DNA from: Malacoraja senta
Taxonomy: Eukaryota
Direction: 5' to 3'
Length of the DNA stretch: 64,000 nt
Assembly: GCA_038087875.1 (NCBI GenBank)
Contig: CM075992.1
Span: 9,488,001 to 9,552,000 of the forward strand
Shown: positions 35,363-50,588 of the stretch, piece by piece
Position numbering within the stretch: the stretch's first letter is position 1
Layout: each line of letters starts with the position of its first letter
The notes under the pieces: model-generated
Told to the model about the DNA's origin: nothing
The model's database searches: none
The model's input: the letters and a program-made list of their open reading frames with translations, nothing else
Translations under genes and position numbers: made by a program

Positions 35363-36099
35363 AGAATCCCAAAGATCTACCACCCTCTGGGTGAAGAAAC
35401 ATCTTCTTGTCCTGGTCCTGAATAGCTGACTCTTACTTGGAGATATTCTTCAGCTCTCTATGTAGTGTTGATAAGTTTAATTCATGAGGTATCAGTAACA
35501 AAGGCAAAGTTTTGCAGGCCAGGAATGAAAGTACTTTAGAACAACACTTCATGGTGCCGAAGGGGCCAGAGAGGAGCGTTGTATCTGTTGACTGCCACAA
35601 TCCTTGTCTCAGTTCTGCTGTATTTGGAATATTGTCAGCAGTTTGGGCTCCCTATCTGAGGAAGGATGTGCTGGCATGGAGAGGGTCCAGAGGAGGTTTA
35701 CAAGAATGATCCCAGGTGGGTTAACATACGATGAGCGTTTGACGGCACTGGGCCTGTACTCGCTGGAGTTTAGAAGGATGAGGGGGTACCTCATTGAAAC
35801 TTACCGAATAGTGAAAGGCCTGGACAGAGTGGACGTAGAGAGGATGTCTCCACTAGTGGGAGAGTCTAGGACCAGAGGGCACAGCCTCAGAATAAAAGGA
35901 TGTTCCTTTAGAAAGGAGATGAATTTATTTAGTCTCGGAATTTATTTAGTCAGAGGGTGGTGAATCTGCGGAATGTATTGCCATTGATGGCTGTGGAGGC
36001 CGTCAATGAATATTTTTAACAGATTCTTGATTCGTATCAGGGGTTATGGGGAGAAGGCAGGAGAATAGGGTTGAGAGGGAAAGATAGATCAGTCGGGAT

Positions 36100-36716
36100 T
36101 GAAGGAACAGTATCTCATATTTCGCTCGGGCAGCTTACAGCCCAGAGGTATGAATATTAATTTCTCTAACTGCAAGTAACCCCTGCATTCCCTCTTTCTC
36201 CATCCCTTAGAAACATAGAAACATAGAAAATAGGTGCAGGAGTAGGCCATTTGGCCCTTCGAGCCAGCACCGCCATTCAATATGATCATGGCTGATCATC
36301 CAACTCAGTATCCTGTACCTGCCTTCTCTCCATACCCCCTGATCCCTTAGCCACAAAGGGCCACATCTAACTCCCTCTTAAATATAAGCCAATGAACTGG
36401 CCTCAACTACCTTCTGTGGCAGAGAATTCCACAGATTCACCACTCTCTGTGTGAAAAATGTTTTTCTCATCCCTCCCCCACCCAAGTCGCACCAGCTTCT
36501 CGTTCTCACCCAACCAGCAGGTGACAATGGTCTGTTTCCTTTATCGTTGTTACTTTTTGCATATCTTTCATTCATTGTTCTTTATCTCTCTAAATCACCG
36601 TTTCCCTTTCCTCTGACTCTCCGTCTGAAGAAGGGTCTCGACCCGAAACGTCACCTATTCCTTCTCTCCAAAGATGCTGCCTGTCCCGCTGAGTTACTCC
36701 AGCATTTGTGTCTACC
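36100..36716 (+). mobile_element. PLE 3' end (KEQYLIFRSGSLQPRGMNINFSNCK*) interrupted by a minus-strand CR1 tail (~36208-36470)
   Basis: PLE C-terminal peptide and UTR with an intact hammerhead core at 36625-36652. Confidence 0.8.
36623..36655 (+). ncRNA. Minimal type I hammerhead ribozyme motif in a PLE 3' UTR (representative of >20 copies)
   Basis: CUGAAGA-A-GGGU(CUCG)ACCC-GAAAC-GUC: both conserved core strands, 4-bp helix II with tetraloop, loopless palindromic helix III. Confidence 0.75.
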
Positions 36717-36719
36717 TAA

Positions 36720-36945
36720 AGGGCCTGTCCCACTTTCACCACCTTTTTTACTCGTGGACATTTTTCATCATGTTGAAAAAACACCCCGACCTACTTGATG
36801 CCATGAGTACCTACGACTAGCATCACGACCTGCTAAGCCCTACCTACGACCTACCTACGACCTCGTGACGACCATGCTGTGCGTATGAGTCAAGGGCAAA
36901 CTCGGCAGAGGTCGTGAATTAGGTCGTGAAAGTGGGACAGGCCCT
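36720..36945. mobile_element. PIF/Harbinger-type MITE
   Basis: TIR agggcctgtcccactttcac; flanks TAA/TTA; internal ctacgac repeats. Confidence 0.83.
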
Positions 36946-37232
36946 TTAGGACAACAACCAACTCCATATGCAATAGTCAGCTACCTACATGTGAACAAGC
37001 ACTTTAAACAAACTGATGGTGTAGGTGCCAGTATTGGGCCTATCAAGTGGACACCTCCTTCACTGGTGTTCCATTGAGTTAGGCCCACGACACCTCGGGA
37101 AGGCTCAACAGTTAGTTCTGGCCCCCCAGAACAACCCCCCTCAATACTTGCTACATAGGGTATTATGAGCTAGAGATGGGAATTTACTGGGGTTCCACAC
37201 TATTTTTGACTTGCCCTTTGTTTGGTTTGCAG

Positions 37233-37298
37233 GCACTGTCCATGTTTCCCACACGGATCCTGAAGTTGCTGGAGTTTGCTGGTTTCTCTGGTGACAAG
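37233..37298 (+). CDS. TTC39A: TTC39A coding exon (66 nt), ALSMFPTRILKLLEFAGFSGDK
   Basis: Acceptor tttggtttgcag, donor aag|gtaggg. Similar to [22 protein letters not shown]. Confidence 0.96.
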
Positions 37299-37385
37299 GT
37301 AGGGTTGAGATCATCTGTCTTTACCTCAAAGGAAAGTGATGAGGGGGTGGGAGGGGAGGGGCGGGGGGAGGGGGGGGGGGACAAG

Positions 37386-37584
37386 CGTAGTGAGACCAGG
37401 CAGGTTGAGCGAAATATTCTTTATGAACACAAACAAATGCTCGAAACATCGGGTACCTAGTCTACAACTACCGATGCGATGCGAGGAGCACTAACCACTG
37501 ATTACTCTGAAGAGCCCGCAAACGAGAGCCCCGACCAATGACGAGGGTTCTGAATGCCCAGCCCCACCACTAGGTGCCGCTACA
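37386..37584 (-). mobile_element. Short solo LTR (199 bp), Gypsy-like
   Basis: Minus-strand termini tgtagcg...cactacg (TG...CA with one substitution); 4-bp TSD caag at 37382-37385 and 37585-37588. Confidence 0.7.
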
Positions 37585-39814
37585 CAAGGTTTATAAATAC
37601 GGGCCCACCCATTTCATGCCCAGATAGGACAACTTATTTTCAGCGGATGACACAGTTAGTGGAGCTGCTGCCATGAACCTCCAATGACCCCGCATTCAAT
37701 CCTGACCTGCGCAGTCTGTGTGGAGTTTGCAGGTTCTCACCGTGACTGAGTGGGATTTTCCCAGGTGCTCCAGGCTCCACCCATAAGTGGACGCATAGGT
37801 TCATCGGCTCCTATACATTGCCACTGGCACGGCAGAATATAGGGGAGGGGGGGTTGATGGAAGCGTGGAAAGTGTTGGATATCGGAAAATGAATGTGGGA
37901 ATGGGATTGACTCTGAGAAACTGCATAGACTCGATGGTCTGAGATGGCTTATTTCTGTGTTGTGAGGGAACGTGGAAGGTGAAGTTATCTCTCCATCTGA
38001 AGAAGGGTCCTGACCTGAAACGTTGCCTATCCATACCCTGCAGAGATGCTGTCTGACCTTCTGAGTTACTCCAGAATTTTGTGTTCTATGGAAGATTCCA
38101 GCACCTGCAATTCTTTGTGACCTTAGACTTTTTTAGAAGGCCCTTCAGCCTACCAAGTCTGCACAGACCAGCGAGGTACACCGGGTACAATTTTACCAAA
38201 GCCAATTAACCGACAAACCTTTGGAGTATGGGAGGAAACGGAGCACTCGGGAAAGACCCAGGCGGTCACGGGAGAACGTGCAAACTCCGTACAGACAGCA
38301 CCCATAGTCCAGATCGAACCCAGGTCTCTCGCACTGTAAGGCAGCAACTCTACCGCTGCGCCACTGTGCCGCCCCTGTTAACTTTCATATTCTTGCAGAA
38401 AGCGGGTGGAGAATATTCAATCCATGCCTGCCCGGAAGCAAGCCAACTCCTTGATCCGAAGATAGACACAAAATGCTGGAGTAACTCAGGCAGCATCTCT
38501 GGAGAGAAGAAATGGGTGACGTTTCGGGTCGAGACCCTTCTTCAGACTAGTTAGGGAGAAGGGAAACGAGAGATATAGACGGTGATGTAGAGAGATAAAG
38601 AACAATGAATAAAAGATCTGCAAAAAAGTAATGATGATAAAGGAAACAGGCCGTTGTCAGCTGTTTAAGAAAGAACTGCAGATGCTGGAAAAATCGAAGG
38701 TGGACAGAAATGCTGGAGAAACTCAGCGGGTGAGGCAGCATCTATGGAGTCGAGACCCGAAACGTCACCTATTCCTTCGCTCCATAGATGCTGCCTCACC
38801 CGCTGAGTTTCTCCAGTATTTTTGTCTACAGGCCATTGTGAGCTGTTTGTTGGGTGATTCTCCATTTATAGTTCCTATAATCACTCCCCGCTCACAAGCC
38901 CATCAACTCCACCCTTGTTCGCCTGCCAACCGCCAGCACACTGGGTAACTTCCAGCAGCCAATTAACCCAACGCCCAACGTGACTTGGTGGCGAGGCTGA
39001 GAGAGGGAAGGAAAGGCAGGAACAGAGCTCGTTTGTTCCCAGTGGACCTTCTTCAAGGTTATCACAGAAGGACCAGACGTAAGGTGAGAAATAATTTCTC
39101 TGCCGAGTGTTAGATCCAGCATTGTCCAGGTGGTGAGAGGAGATTTAATGGTGACTTTGAAAAGGGCGACCATTTTGAAAAGGGAAGATTTGTCAGGCTG
39201 TGATGAAAGGGTCTGTGGAGGATTAATTGGATAGCACTTTGACAGAACAGAGTGTTAGTTGGCTGCTTTCTGCTCTGCATCATTCTCCCAGCTCAGACGA
39301 TGACGGGTCTGCACTTGTGTGTATCTAATTAGACAAATTACCAGTGTGAAACTGGTCATGTCACTTTTCTTGTCAATTAGCCTGAACCATTATTTGCCTG
39401 CCTAATTAATGTGCAATAAATAATTCAAAGATAAATGCATCTGGCACTCGAGCGCATCTTCCCTGTATAAAACGAGTACATGATGTGTGCTTTGATCTAT
39501 TATGCAAATAATAATTTGAGAGGTTAATTAGTAAAGGATAATATACATTGTCCAGTAAATTGGCTACAAGGAAGATTGTGCAGAATCTTGGGCAGGTTAC
39601 CAAAAACATAAGTGGAAGGGTTGGGGGAATTATTTTGGGTTAAAAAGTTTTGAAGACAGATGCTCTACTAATTGAAAGGTGAACTCATTAATCCCGTTAT
39701 ACCCTTTATCACTTGCACTAAATGTTGCTCATGTTATTCCCTTTATGTCTTGCACTAAACGTTTCACCTAATTTCCATTATCTCTTGCATTAAACGTTTT
39801 TCACGTTATTCAAA

Positions 39815-40345
39815 TAATCAATCAATCAGTTTTATTTGTCACATACACATATATTTGCAGAGAAATGAATTTGCCAGCAGCGATACAATTTAAAAAAAAA
39901 CAACACACAATACACAATAAGATTTAACGCAAACATCCACCACAGCATTCTTCACTGTGGTGGAAGGTACAAAAAGTACAGTCAGTCCCCCTATATTGTT
40001 CACCGGTGGTCGGGGCCATAAACCTCCGCAGTCACCGCTATGGACGGCCGGATGTACAGGCCCTCTCGTCGGGACGGGCGAACACGCTCCGCGGCTTTGG
40101 AGGTCCCGAATTGGCGCTTTCTTACCGGAGACCGCGGCTTCAGGATGTTGTAGGCCGCAGGCCGGCGGTCGGAGCTCTTCTCTGGCAATCCCCCGCGAGG
40201 GATCCCGCTCCGGATGGGAAGTCCAGGGGACGCCCGTGGCTAGAAGCTCCGCAGACCGCTGCTTCAGGACGTTATAGGCCGCGAGCCAGGGGTCGGAGCT
40301 TTTCTCCGGCGATCCACGACGAGGCATCCCAGGCTCCGGACGCTT
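39815..40345 (-). mobile_element. Related non-autonomous retroelement (5'-truncated)
   Basis: Shared aaacatccaccacag...cactgtggtggaagg motif; (gatt)n tail. Confidence 0.6.
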
Positions 40346-41557
40346 TCTATCTTGCACTAAATATTAGTCACATTATTCCCTTTGTGTCTTGCACTCAACG
40401 TTATTCCCTTTATCATGTATCTGTACACTGTGGACGGCACAATTGTGATCATGTATTGTCTTCCCACTGACTGGGCAGCATGCAGCAAAAGCATTTCACT
40501 GTACCTCGGTACACGTGACAATAAGCTAGACTAGCGTTAAAAATTATGAACGGGTTTTAAGTTGGGGAGCGGGAAGAGGAGTAAAGAGGCTTTGTCTTTG
40601 TCTTTGGATTCAGGGCTAAGGGATCTTGTATGGGGGTGAGTGACATTTACTGTGGATAAATCATCAGTGATTGATCTGTAAGCAGAATGTGAGCCTGTTG
40701 GCACAGTGAAAATATTGCCCCTCAGATTCCTACTAAATCTTTCTCCTCTCACCTTAAACCTATGCCCTCTGTTTCTCGATCTCCCTACTCTGGGTACAAG
40801 TGCTTTCACACAATCTGTTCCCCTTATGATTTTATACATCTCAATAAGATCATCCCTCTTTGTGCAGACACAAGGGACTGCAGGTGCTGGAACCTTGAGC
40901 AAAAGACAAACTCAGCAGGTCAGGCAGGATAGGGTCACAGAGCATGGAAACAGGCTCTTCAGCCCAGTTCGTCCATGCTGCCCCATCTAAGCCAGCCCCA
41001 TTTTTCCATATTTTGCCCACATTCCTCCAACTCCTTTCCTATCCATGTATCAATAATATACCTGGCAAGTGGTTGGTGGATGCAGGTGAGGAGTGTGTTT
41101 GATCAGCAGATGGTTGGACAAGTGGCAGAGATGAAAAGACAAAATGTGTGAAATAAGGAGAGAAGAGTTGTGAAATGTGGAAGAGGGGGAGAGGATACGG
41201 AGAAGGGGAGAAATGGGGCAGAGGAGAGGGGGGTGGGGGGGGGGTAGATGTTGTTTGTGGGTTAGCTATCTAAAATTGGAGAATTCAATGTTCATACCAT
41301 GTAAGCTATCCAAGTGGAATATGAGGTGCTGTTCCTCGAGTTTGCATCTGGCATTGGATGAGGCCCAGGGTAGAGGTGTTGAGGGGCAGTGGCACTACTG
41401 TGTCACCCCTCTGCTGAATAGAGGGCCATGGGCCAAATGCAGGCTGGACTACTATCTACCTCTTTGGTGACCCTCGGACTATCCATGATCGGACATTGCT
41501 GGCTTTACCTGGCACTAAACGTTATTCCCTTATCATGTATCTATACACTGTAAGTGG

Positions 41558-42044
41558 CATGGTCGGAAATCCTGGGGGGGGTCAGGGGACACACGTCCCC
41601 TCCATGTTTTGAGAGGTGGGGGACAACCTCCCCCCCCATGTTTTATAATCCGGATTTTGAAATTCGGTGAAAAAATACCTATTAAAAAATCTCCGCTTTC
41701 CGTGAGACAGTGGGGGCGGGACTTATGATCGAGGGCGCTGATTGAACGAGAGAGACGTCGGTCAGCAGGCAATGGGGGGTGGGGGGCTGAGGATAGAGCG
41801 CGGTGATTGGAGGAGAGAGACGTCCTGGTGGAGCAAAGATCATAGAGCCTTTCGCGGGGCCTTTCATCGCCCGGCGCAGCTTAAAATCGGCCGCGGGATC
41901 TTCCACCGGGCAAATTGCTGCGTCGAGGCTCCCGATGTTGAAGCCCCCGCTGGGCGATGGAAGATCCCGCGGACGGTTTTAAACCGCGCCGGGCGATGAA
42001 AGGCCCCGCGAACGGGCCGATTCAAGCTCCACGATTCGGGGCGG
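41558..42044. mobile_element. Second, right-truncated copy of the 14292-14978 hAT-type element
   Basis: Starts catggtcggaaatcc; collinear similarity including the palindrome. Confidence 0.78.
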
Positions 42045-42194
42045 ACAATAAACTGAACTAAACTGAGTGTGAAGAGACATCTCAGCAGAGTCAAGAGTGT
42101 TTGATTGTCGTATATCCCAGACAGAACAATGATATTCTTGCTTGCTGCAGCACCACAGAATTTTGTAAGCATAAATACAGAACAGTTCAGTTCA

Positions 42195-42808
42195 ATTTGT
42201 CCTGGTCCCTCAATACCTCCAAGCTGATCAAAAAGGCACAGCAGCGCGTTTACTTCCTGAGGAGGCTCAAGAAAGCCCACCTGTCCCCCCAGATCCTGAC
42301 CAACTTCTACCGGTGTACCGAGAGCATCCTGACCACCTGCTTCACGGTATGGTACAGCAGCTGCACTGTTGCGGAGAGGAAGGCACTACAACGGGTGGTG
42401 AAAACCGCGCAGCACATCATCGGTGCCCCGCTCCCTGCCATGGATGCCCTCCACCGAAAACGGTGTCTGAAACGGGCTGGGAAGATCATTAAAGACCCCT
42501 CCCACCCCAACCATGGACTGTTTGCCCTCCTCCCATCAGGGAGGCGGTACAGGAGCCTCAGGTCTCCTACCAGTAGGATGAGGAACAGCTTCTACAATTA
42601 TACCGTCGCATTGCTGAACTCGGAGTCCCGCCGATAGATTCCTCCGGTCCCTCCGTCCCCATTGTTAATTATTTTGTATTTTTGATTATTCTGTATCCTC
42701 TTTTTTTTTAAATTTCTATATTGCACTACTACTACGGACTGACGCAAAACTGCATTTCGTTGTACCCGTACTCAGTATTTGTGCAATGACATTAAAGTTG
42801 AATTGAAT
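42195..42808 (+). mobile_element. Rex1/Babar-type LINE 3' fragment
   Basis: LSWSLNTSKLIKKAQQRVYFLRRLKK...NFYRC...[10 protein letters not shown]. Confidence 0.87.
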
Positions 42809-43045
42809 ATACTCATAAATAAACAGATAAAGTGCAATAGGCTGTTACAGTTCAGAGTCTGTTTGTTGGCGAGTTTAATAGCCTGATGGCTGTGGGGAAG
42901 AAACTTGGATGTCACAGATTTCAGGCTCCTGTACCTTCTGCCCGATGGTAGCGGGGAGATGAGTGTGTGGCCAGGATGGTGTGGGTTGCCTTGTTGAGGC
43001 AGTGACTGCGATAGATCCCCTCGATGGTGGGGAGGTCAAAGCTGA

Positions 43046-43306
<261 letters not shown>

Positions 43307-43417
43307 TCGCCATGGATGAGTTGGGCCGGAGGGCCAGTTTGGGTGCTGTACGACTCTGATAAACGTGGTTGTTAACCAGAGGATGTGGGGCTGAACTGCC
43401 GGTGATTACTTTTCTGA

Positions 43418-44495
<1,078 letters not shown>

Positions 44496-47191
44496 CTTAT
44501 GAGGGTGGCGCAGTGTCTGTGCATACACAGCAGCCATTGGCCCTCCCAATGGGGTTCACTACCAGGAACTAGTCCTTACACATATAGTCTACATTTGTAG
44601 AAAAGAACCGCAGATGCTGGTTTAAATCCAAGGTAGACACTAAATGCTGGAGTAACTCAGCGGGACAGGCGGCATCTCTGGAGAGAAGGAATGGGTGACA
44701 TTTCGGGTCGAGACCCTTCTCCAGACCAGACACAGAGCAGGTCATAGAGTTGTACACCATGGAAACAGGCCCTTCGGCCCAACTTGCCCATGCCGACCAA
44801 CTTGCCCCATCTACACTGGTCCCACCTGTCTGCGTTTGGTCCACATCCTTCTCAACCTATCCTATAAAAGATGTATTTTTTAAACATTGTGATAGTACTT
44901 CCCTCAACTCCCTCCTCTGGCAGCTCGTTCCATATATCCACCATCCTTAGTGCAAACAAAAAGGAAGGTGCCCCTCAGGTTGCTATTAAATCTCCCCCCC
45001 CCCTTAAACCTATGGCCTCTGGTTCTTGGTTTACCCTGCAAGGGTAAAAGACTATGCATTAACAGCACGGAAACAGGTTCATTTTCCCAACTCATCCATA
45101 CCGACCAAGATGCCCCATCTGAGCTAGTCCCATTTGCCTCATATCCCTCTATAGACAATAGACAATAGGTGCAGGAGTAGGCCATTCGGCCCTTCGAGCC
45201 AGCACCGCCATTCAATGTGATCATGGCTGATCATCCCCAATCAGTACCCCGTTCCTGCCTTCACCCCATATCCCCCGACTCCGCTATCTTTAAGAGCCCT
45301 ATCTAGCTCTCTCTTGAAAGCATCCAGAGAACCCGCCTCCACCACCCTCTGAGGCAGAGAATTCCACAGACTCACCACTTCCTGTGAGAAAAAGTGTTTC
45401 CTCGTCTCCGCTCTAAACCTTTCCTATCCATGTACCTGTTCAAGGGTCTTTTAAATGCTGTTATCATCTGCTTTCTGTGTAAAAACAAACCTGCTCTACT
45501 CTCACCCTAATGCTATGCCCTCTCGTCCTTGATATTTGCACCTTGGGCAACTTTTCCTGCCTTGGTATTGGGGTACATTGTTCCAAACTATTTTCTCGGC
45601 AGTACTTTCAATAGCTGTCCCCAGAGTTCTTCCGTGGGGTGTGGAGCACGTGTATTGTGACACCCAGCAAATTGCAATGGCTGGTTAAGGATTTTCCTCA
45701 CTGCTTTCGGAAGGGCAAGAGTCATACAGCATGGAAAAAGGCCATCTGCACACCGGCCAACATGTCCCAGGTACACTAGTCCCACCTGCCCCAGTTTGGT
45801 CCATATCCCTCCAAACCTGTCCTATCCATGTACCTGTCCAACTGTTTCTTAAATGTTGGGATAGTCCCAGTCTCAACTACCACCTCTGGCAGCTTGTTCC
45901 ATACACCCGCCACCCTCTGTGTGAAAAAGTTACCCCTCGGTATCCTATTAAATCTTTTCCCCTTCACCCTAAAACTATGTCCTCTGGTCCTCGATTCACC
46001 TACTCTGGGCAAGAGACTCCAGGCATCTACCTGATCTATTCCTCTCGGGCGAATGGGAAGGGGTTGAGAGGGGGCGTTATTGGGAAATGGAATGGGTTCT
46101 GAGGAAGTGGAAGAAATGGGAAACTGGGATGCAGGAGTAGGTGGGGACTTGGGGGCTGGCGGTAGTGGTAGACATGGATTCTAGCAATGGGAAGCTGCTG
46201 CATTTGCACTGATTATTAATCAAGGCTTGCCCCTGATTCACCTTCAACACGGGCGAGCGAGTGAGTTTTCCTGGTCCTCAAGCCCTCAAGCAATCCGGTG
46301 TATGATGGTGTTCCAGATGAATAGTGGAAACGTTGGCAGAATTTGAAAATAATGTGTAAAAATAAAATCATGAGGGGAATTGATAGGGATGAATGCACAG
46401 AGTCCTTTCCCCAGGGTAGGGGAATCAAGAAGCAGACATGGGTTTAGCAGAGGACATGGGACAAGGTCAGAGGGGAAAGAATTCATAGAAGATTTAATAG
46501 TGGACCGAAGGGTCTGTTTCCATGCTGGATCTCTCAACGACATCGTCAATAATGTTGATAGTTGGCATAGACTTGTTGGCTGAAGGGCCTGTGTCCATGC
46601 TGTATCTGTAAACGGAATAATTAATAATACAATTAATAATCAGTTGTCATAGAAAGATAGAAAATAGGTGCAGGAGTAGGCCATTCGGCCCCTCGAGCCT
46701 GCACCGCCATTCAATATGATCATGGCTGATCATCCAACTCAGTATCCTGTACCTGCCTTCTCTCCATACCCCCTGATCCCTTTAGCCACAAGGGCCACAT
46801 CTAACTCCCTCTTAAATATAGCCAATGAACTGGCCTCAACTAACTTCTATGGCAGAGAATTCCACAGATTTACCACTCTTTTCTCATCTCGGTTCTAAAA
46901 GACTTCCCCTTATCCATAAACTGTGACCCCTTGTTCTGGACTTCCCCAACATCGGGAACAATCTTCCTGCATCTAGCCTGTCCAACCCCTTAAGAATGTT
47001 GTAAGTTTTGAGTGTTTGATGGGTGGCATAGACTTGTTGGCTGCAGGGCCTGTGTCCATGCTCTGTCTCTCCATGCATGTCCCCTTCAAGGATGTTTCTG
47101 GGCTCTCCGCCCCAGGTGAACAGGTCCATGCCAGTGAGCGGTCAGGCTGTGAGATCTTGCATCAACATGTATTGTTTTCTCTCGGTTGCAG

Positions 47192-47259
47192 GAACGGGGG
47201 AGGAGGATGTGACGGATGCTGTGGATTTGCTTCGACCTTACCTCACTCAGTACCCCAAG
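47192..47259 (+). CDS. TTC39A: TTC39A coding exon (68 nt), (G)TGEEDVTDAVDLLRPYLTQYPK
   Basis: Acceptor ctctcggttgcag, donor aag|gtaaga. Phase 1 to 0 fits. Confidence 0.93.
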
Positions 47260-47343
47260 GTAAGAGGCCTGTTGCCGCTGCTGGTTTAACCCTGACTACC
47301 CCCGGTGTCCTGTCCGCAATCTGATCTCTTTTTGGACAAGAGA

Positions 47344-47957
47344 TAACAAGAGGAGTTGAGTATAGGAGCAAAGAGGTCCTTCTGCAGTTGTACAGGGCTC
47401 TAGTGAGACAACACCTGGAGTATTGTGTGCAGTTTTGGTCCCCTAATTTGAGGAAGGACATTCTTGTTATTGTGGGAGTGCAGCGTAGGTTTACAAGGTT
47501 AATTCCGGGGATGGCGGGACTGTCATATACTGAGAGGATGGAGCAGCTGGGCTTGTATACTCTGGAGTTTAGAAGGATGAGAGGGCATCTTATTGAAACA
47601 TATAAGATTATTAAGGGTTTGGACACACTAGAGGCAGGAAACATGTTCCCGATGTTGGGGGAGTCCAGAACCAGGATCCACAGTTTAAGAATAAGTGGTA
47701 AGCAATTTAGAACGGAGATGAGGAAACACTTTTTCACACACAGAGTGGTGAGTCTGTGGAATTCTCTACCTCAGAGGATGGTGGAGGCCGGTTCTCTGGA
47801 TGCTTTCAAGAGAGAGCTAGATAGGGCTCTTAAAGATAGCGGAGTCAGGGGATATGGGGAGAAGGCAGGAACGGGGTACTGATTGTGGTTGATCAGCCAT
47901 GATCACATTGAATGGCTCAAAGGGCTGAATGGCCTACTCCTGCAACTATTGTCTATT
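47344..47957 (+). mobile_element. CR1/HER1 3' fragment
   Basis: 164-aa ORF 47388-47882 of the CR1 ORF2 C-terminus. Confidence 0.92.
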
Positions 47958-48007
47958 GACACTGTCTAATTTGTTTCCTGAAGAAACTGGGCTTGGTAAT
48001 CCATTGA

Positions 48008-48316
48008 TGACACAGTGGCGCAGTTGGTAGAGGTGCTGCCTCACAGCGCCAGAGGGTTCGATTCTGACCTCTGGTGCTGTCTGTGTGGAGTTTGCCCGTT
48101 CTCCCTGTGACTGCGTGTTTCCTCCTGGTGCTCCGGTTTCCTCCCATATCCCAAAGACGTGCGGGTTTGTAGGTTAATTGGCCCTCTGTGAATTGCCACC
48201 CCCCCGTGTGTAGGGATTGGATGGGAAAGTGGGATAACATAGAACTAGTGGGAACGGGAGTTCGACAGCAGGACTCGGTGGGCTGAACGACCTGTTTCCA
48301 TGCTGTATCCCTAAAC
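48008..48316 (+). mobile_element. HE1-related SINE, second subfamily (also about 21905-22075, 27145-27420, 30340-30590, 51880-52125)
   Basis: tggcgcagttggtagag head, ctgtctgtgtggagtttg core, different 3' half (aagtgggataacatagaactagtg). Confidence 0.8.
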
Positions 48317-49934
48317 AGGACCCGGGTCTCTGGTTTGTGTTCAGCCTCTTGATCAGTGGAAAGATGCCGTCGCTAACTCTTGCCCCTAATATGGAGCCAT
48401 TTCTTAGATGACATGCACTGGATGGAAAGTTGCTAAAAAGACACAAAATGCTGGAGTAACTCAGCGGGACAGGCGACATTGAAGTAATGGAAGCATATAA
48501 GATTGTTAAGGGCTTGGACACGCTAGAGGCAGGAAACATGTTCCCGATGTTGGGGGAGTCCAGAACCAGGGGCCACAGTTTAAGAATAAGGAGGAAGCCG
48601 TTTAGAACGGAGACGAGGAAACACTTTTTCTCACAGAGAGTGGTGAGTCTGTGGAATTCTCTGCCTCAGAGGGCAGTGGAGGCAGGTTCTCTGGATGCTT
48701 TCAAGAGAGAGCTAGACAGGGCTCTTAAAGATAGCGGAGTCAGGGGATATGGGGAGAAGGCAGGAACAGGGTACTGATTGGGGATGATCAGCCATGATCA
48801 CATTGTATGGCGGTGCTGGCTCAAAGGGCCAAATGGCCTACTCCTGCACCTATTGTCTATTGTCTATTGTTTATTGTCTATAATGGGTGACGTTTCGGGT
48901 TGGGGATCCTTCTTCAAACTGAGAATCAAGGGAGAGGGAAATGAGAGATAAGGAAGGGCAAGGTGTGAAAACGAGACATCTCACCTTACCTTTCCTCATC
49001 TCTCGTTACCCTCTCCCCTTTATCACTGAAGATGGGTCTCAACCCGAAACGTCACACATTCGTTCTATCCAGAGAACCTGCTGATTACTCCAGCAATCCG
49101 GTGTAGACCAGCATCTGCAGTTCCTTCCTACGCAGTTGCTACTTATTGGTCACCCAAGATAAATCACCAAAGCATCTTGTCCACCCTCCTTCTGCGTCGG
49201 AAGGGGCGGTAGTGGATTGTAAACACCAGCATCAAGCATCTGGGGCATGTAACTGGGAATGAGGTAAAAATAAGAAGAAACTCTGCCTGCTGTTAACATC
49301 AAGAGCCAGAATTAAGATGATCAGCAATGATTCATGGCCTAGAAAGAGGCCATTCAGCCCATCAGGTCCGTGGCAGCCCACAGGAACACTCACACATTCA
49401 ATTCCCTGTAACACCATTGGACTCACACAATAGGGAAACAGATCCTTCAGTCCAACTTGCCCATTTAGACTAAGATGCCCCATCTAAATGAGACCCATTT
49501 CCCTGTGTTTGGTTCATATCCCTCTTAACCTTTCCACGTACCTGTCCAAATGTCCTTTAAGTGCTGCCTCAACTACCCCCTCTGGCAGCTTATTTCATTT
49601 ACATATCACCCTCTGTGTGGAAAAAGTTGCCCATCAGCATCCTATTAAATCTTTCCCCTCTCGCCTTAAACCTGTGTCCTCTAGTTTTAGATTTCCCTCC
49701 CCTGTGTACTCACCCTCATGATTTTATACACCTCTATAAGATCACCCCTCAGCCAACTGCGCTTATTGTCTCTCACAAGCTCATCAACTCCCTCCCCCCA
49801 GTTCTCTTAATGTACAGCGGCCAATTCACTGACCACGACGACTTGGAGCAGCCAGCTCACATGGCCAGAGGGAGAACGTGCAAACTCCACAGACACCACA
49901 GACGCCAGGGGTCAGGTACAAAGCCTGGATATTT

Positions 49935-50588
49935 GAACCAAGAGGCAACACATCAACGCCTCCTTAGAAGGCTTAAGAAGTTCGGCATGTCTCTCACCAA
50001 CTTTCGGCATGTCTCCGAACAACTCTCACCAACTTCTACAGATGCGCCGTTGAAGGCATTTTATCGGGAGGCATCACGGCACGGTTTGGGAACAGCTCCA
50101 TCCAAGACCGCTAGAAATTGCAGAGAATTGTGGACGCAGCCCAGACCATCACACAAACCAACCTCCCTTCCATTGACTCCATCTACACCTCACGCTGCCT
50201 CGGCAAGGCCAGCAGCATCATCAAGGACCAGTCTCACCCCGGCCACTCCCTCTTCTCCCCTCTCCCATCGGGCAAGAGGTACAGAAGTGTGAAAACGCAC
50301 ACCTCCAGATTCAGGGACAGTTTCTTCCCGGCTGTTATCAGGCAACTGAATCATCCTACCACAACCAGGGAGCAGTGCTGAACTACTATATACCTCATCG
50401 GGGTCCATCGGACTATCCTTGATCGGACATTACTGGCTTTACCTTGAACTAAACGTTATTCCCATATCCTGTATCTGTACACTGCGAATGGCCCGATTGT
50501 AATCATGTATCGTCTTTCCGCCGACTGGTTAGCACGCAACAAAAGCTTTTCACTGTTCCTCGGTAAACGTGACAATAAACTAAACTGA
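49935..50588 (+). mobile_element. Rex1/Babar-type LINE 3' fragment
   Basis: LQRIVDAAQTI...HPGHSLFSPLPSGKRYRSVKTHTSRFRDSFFPAVIRQLN; tail gacaataaactaaact. Confidence 0.85.
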
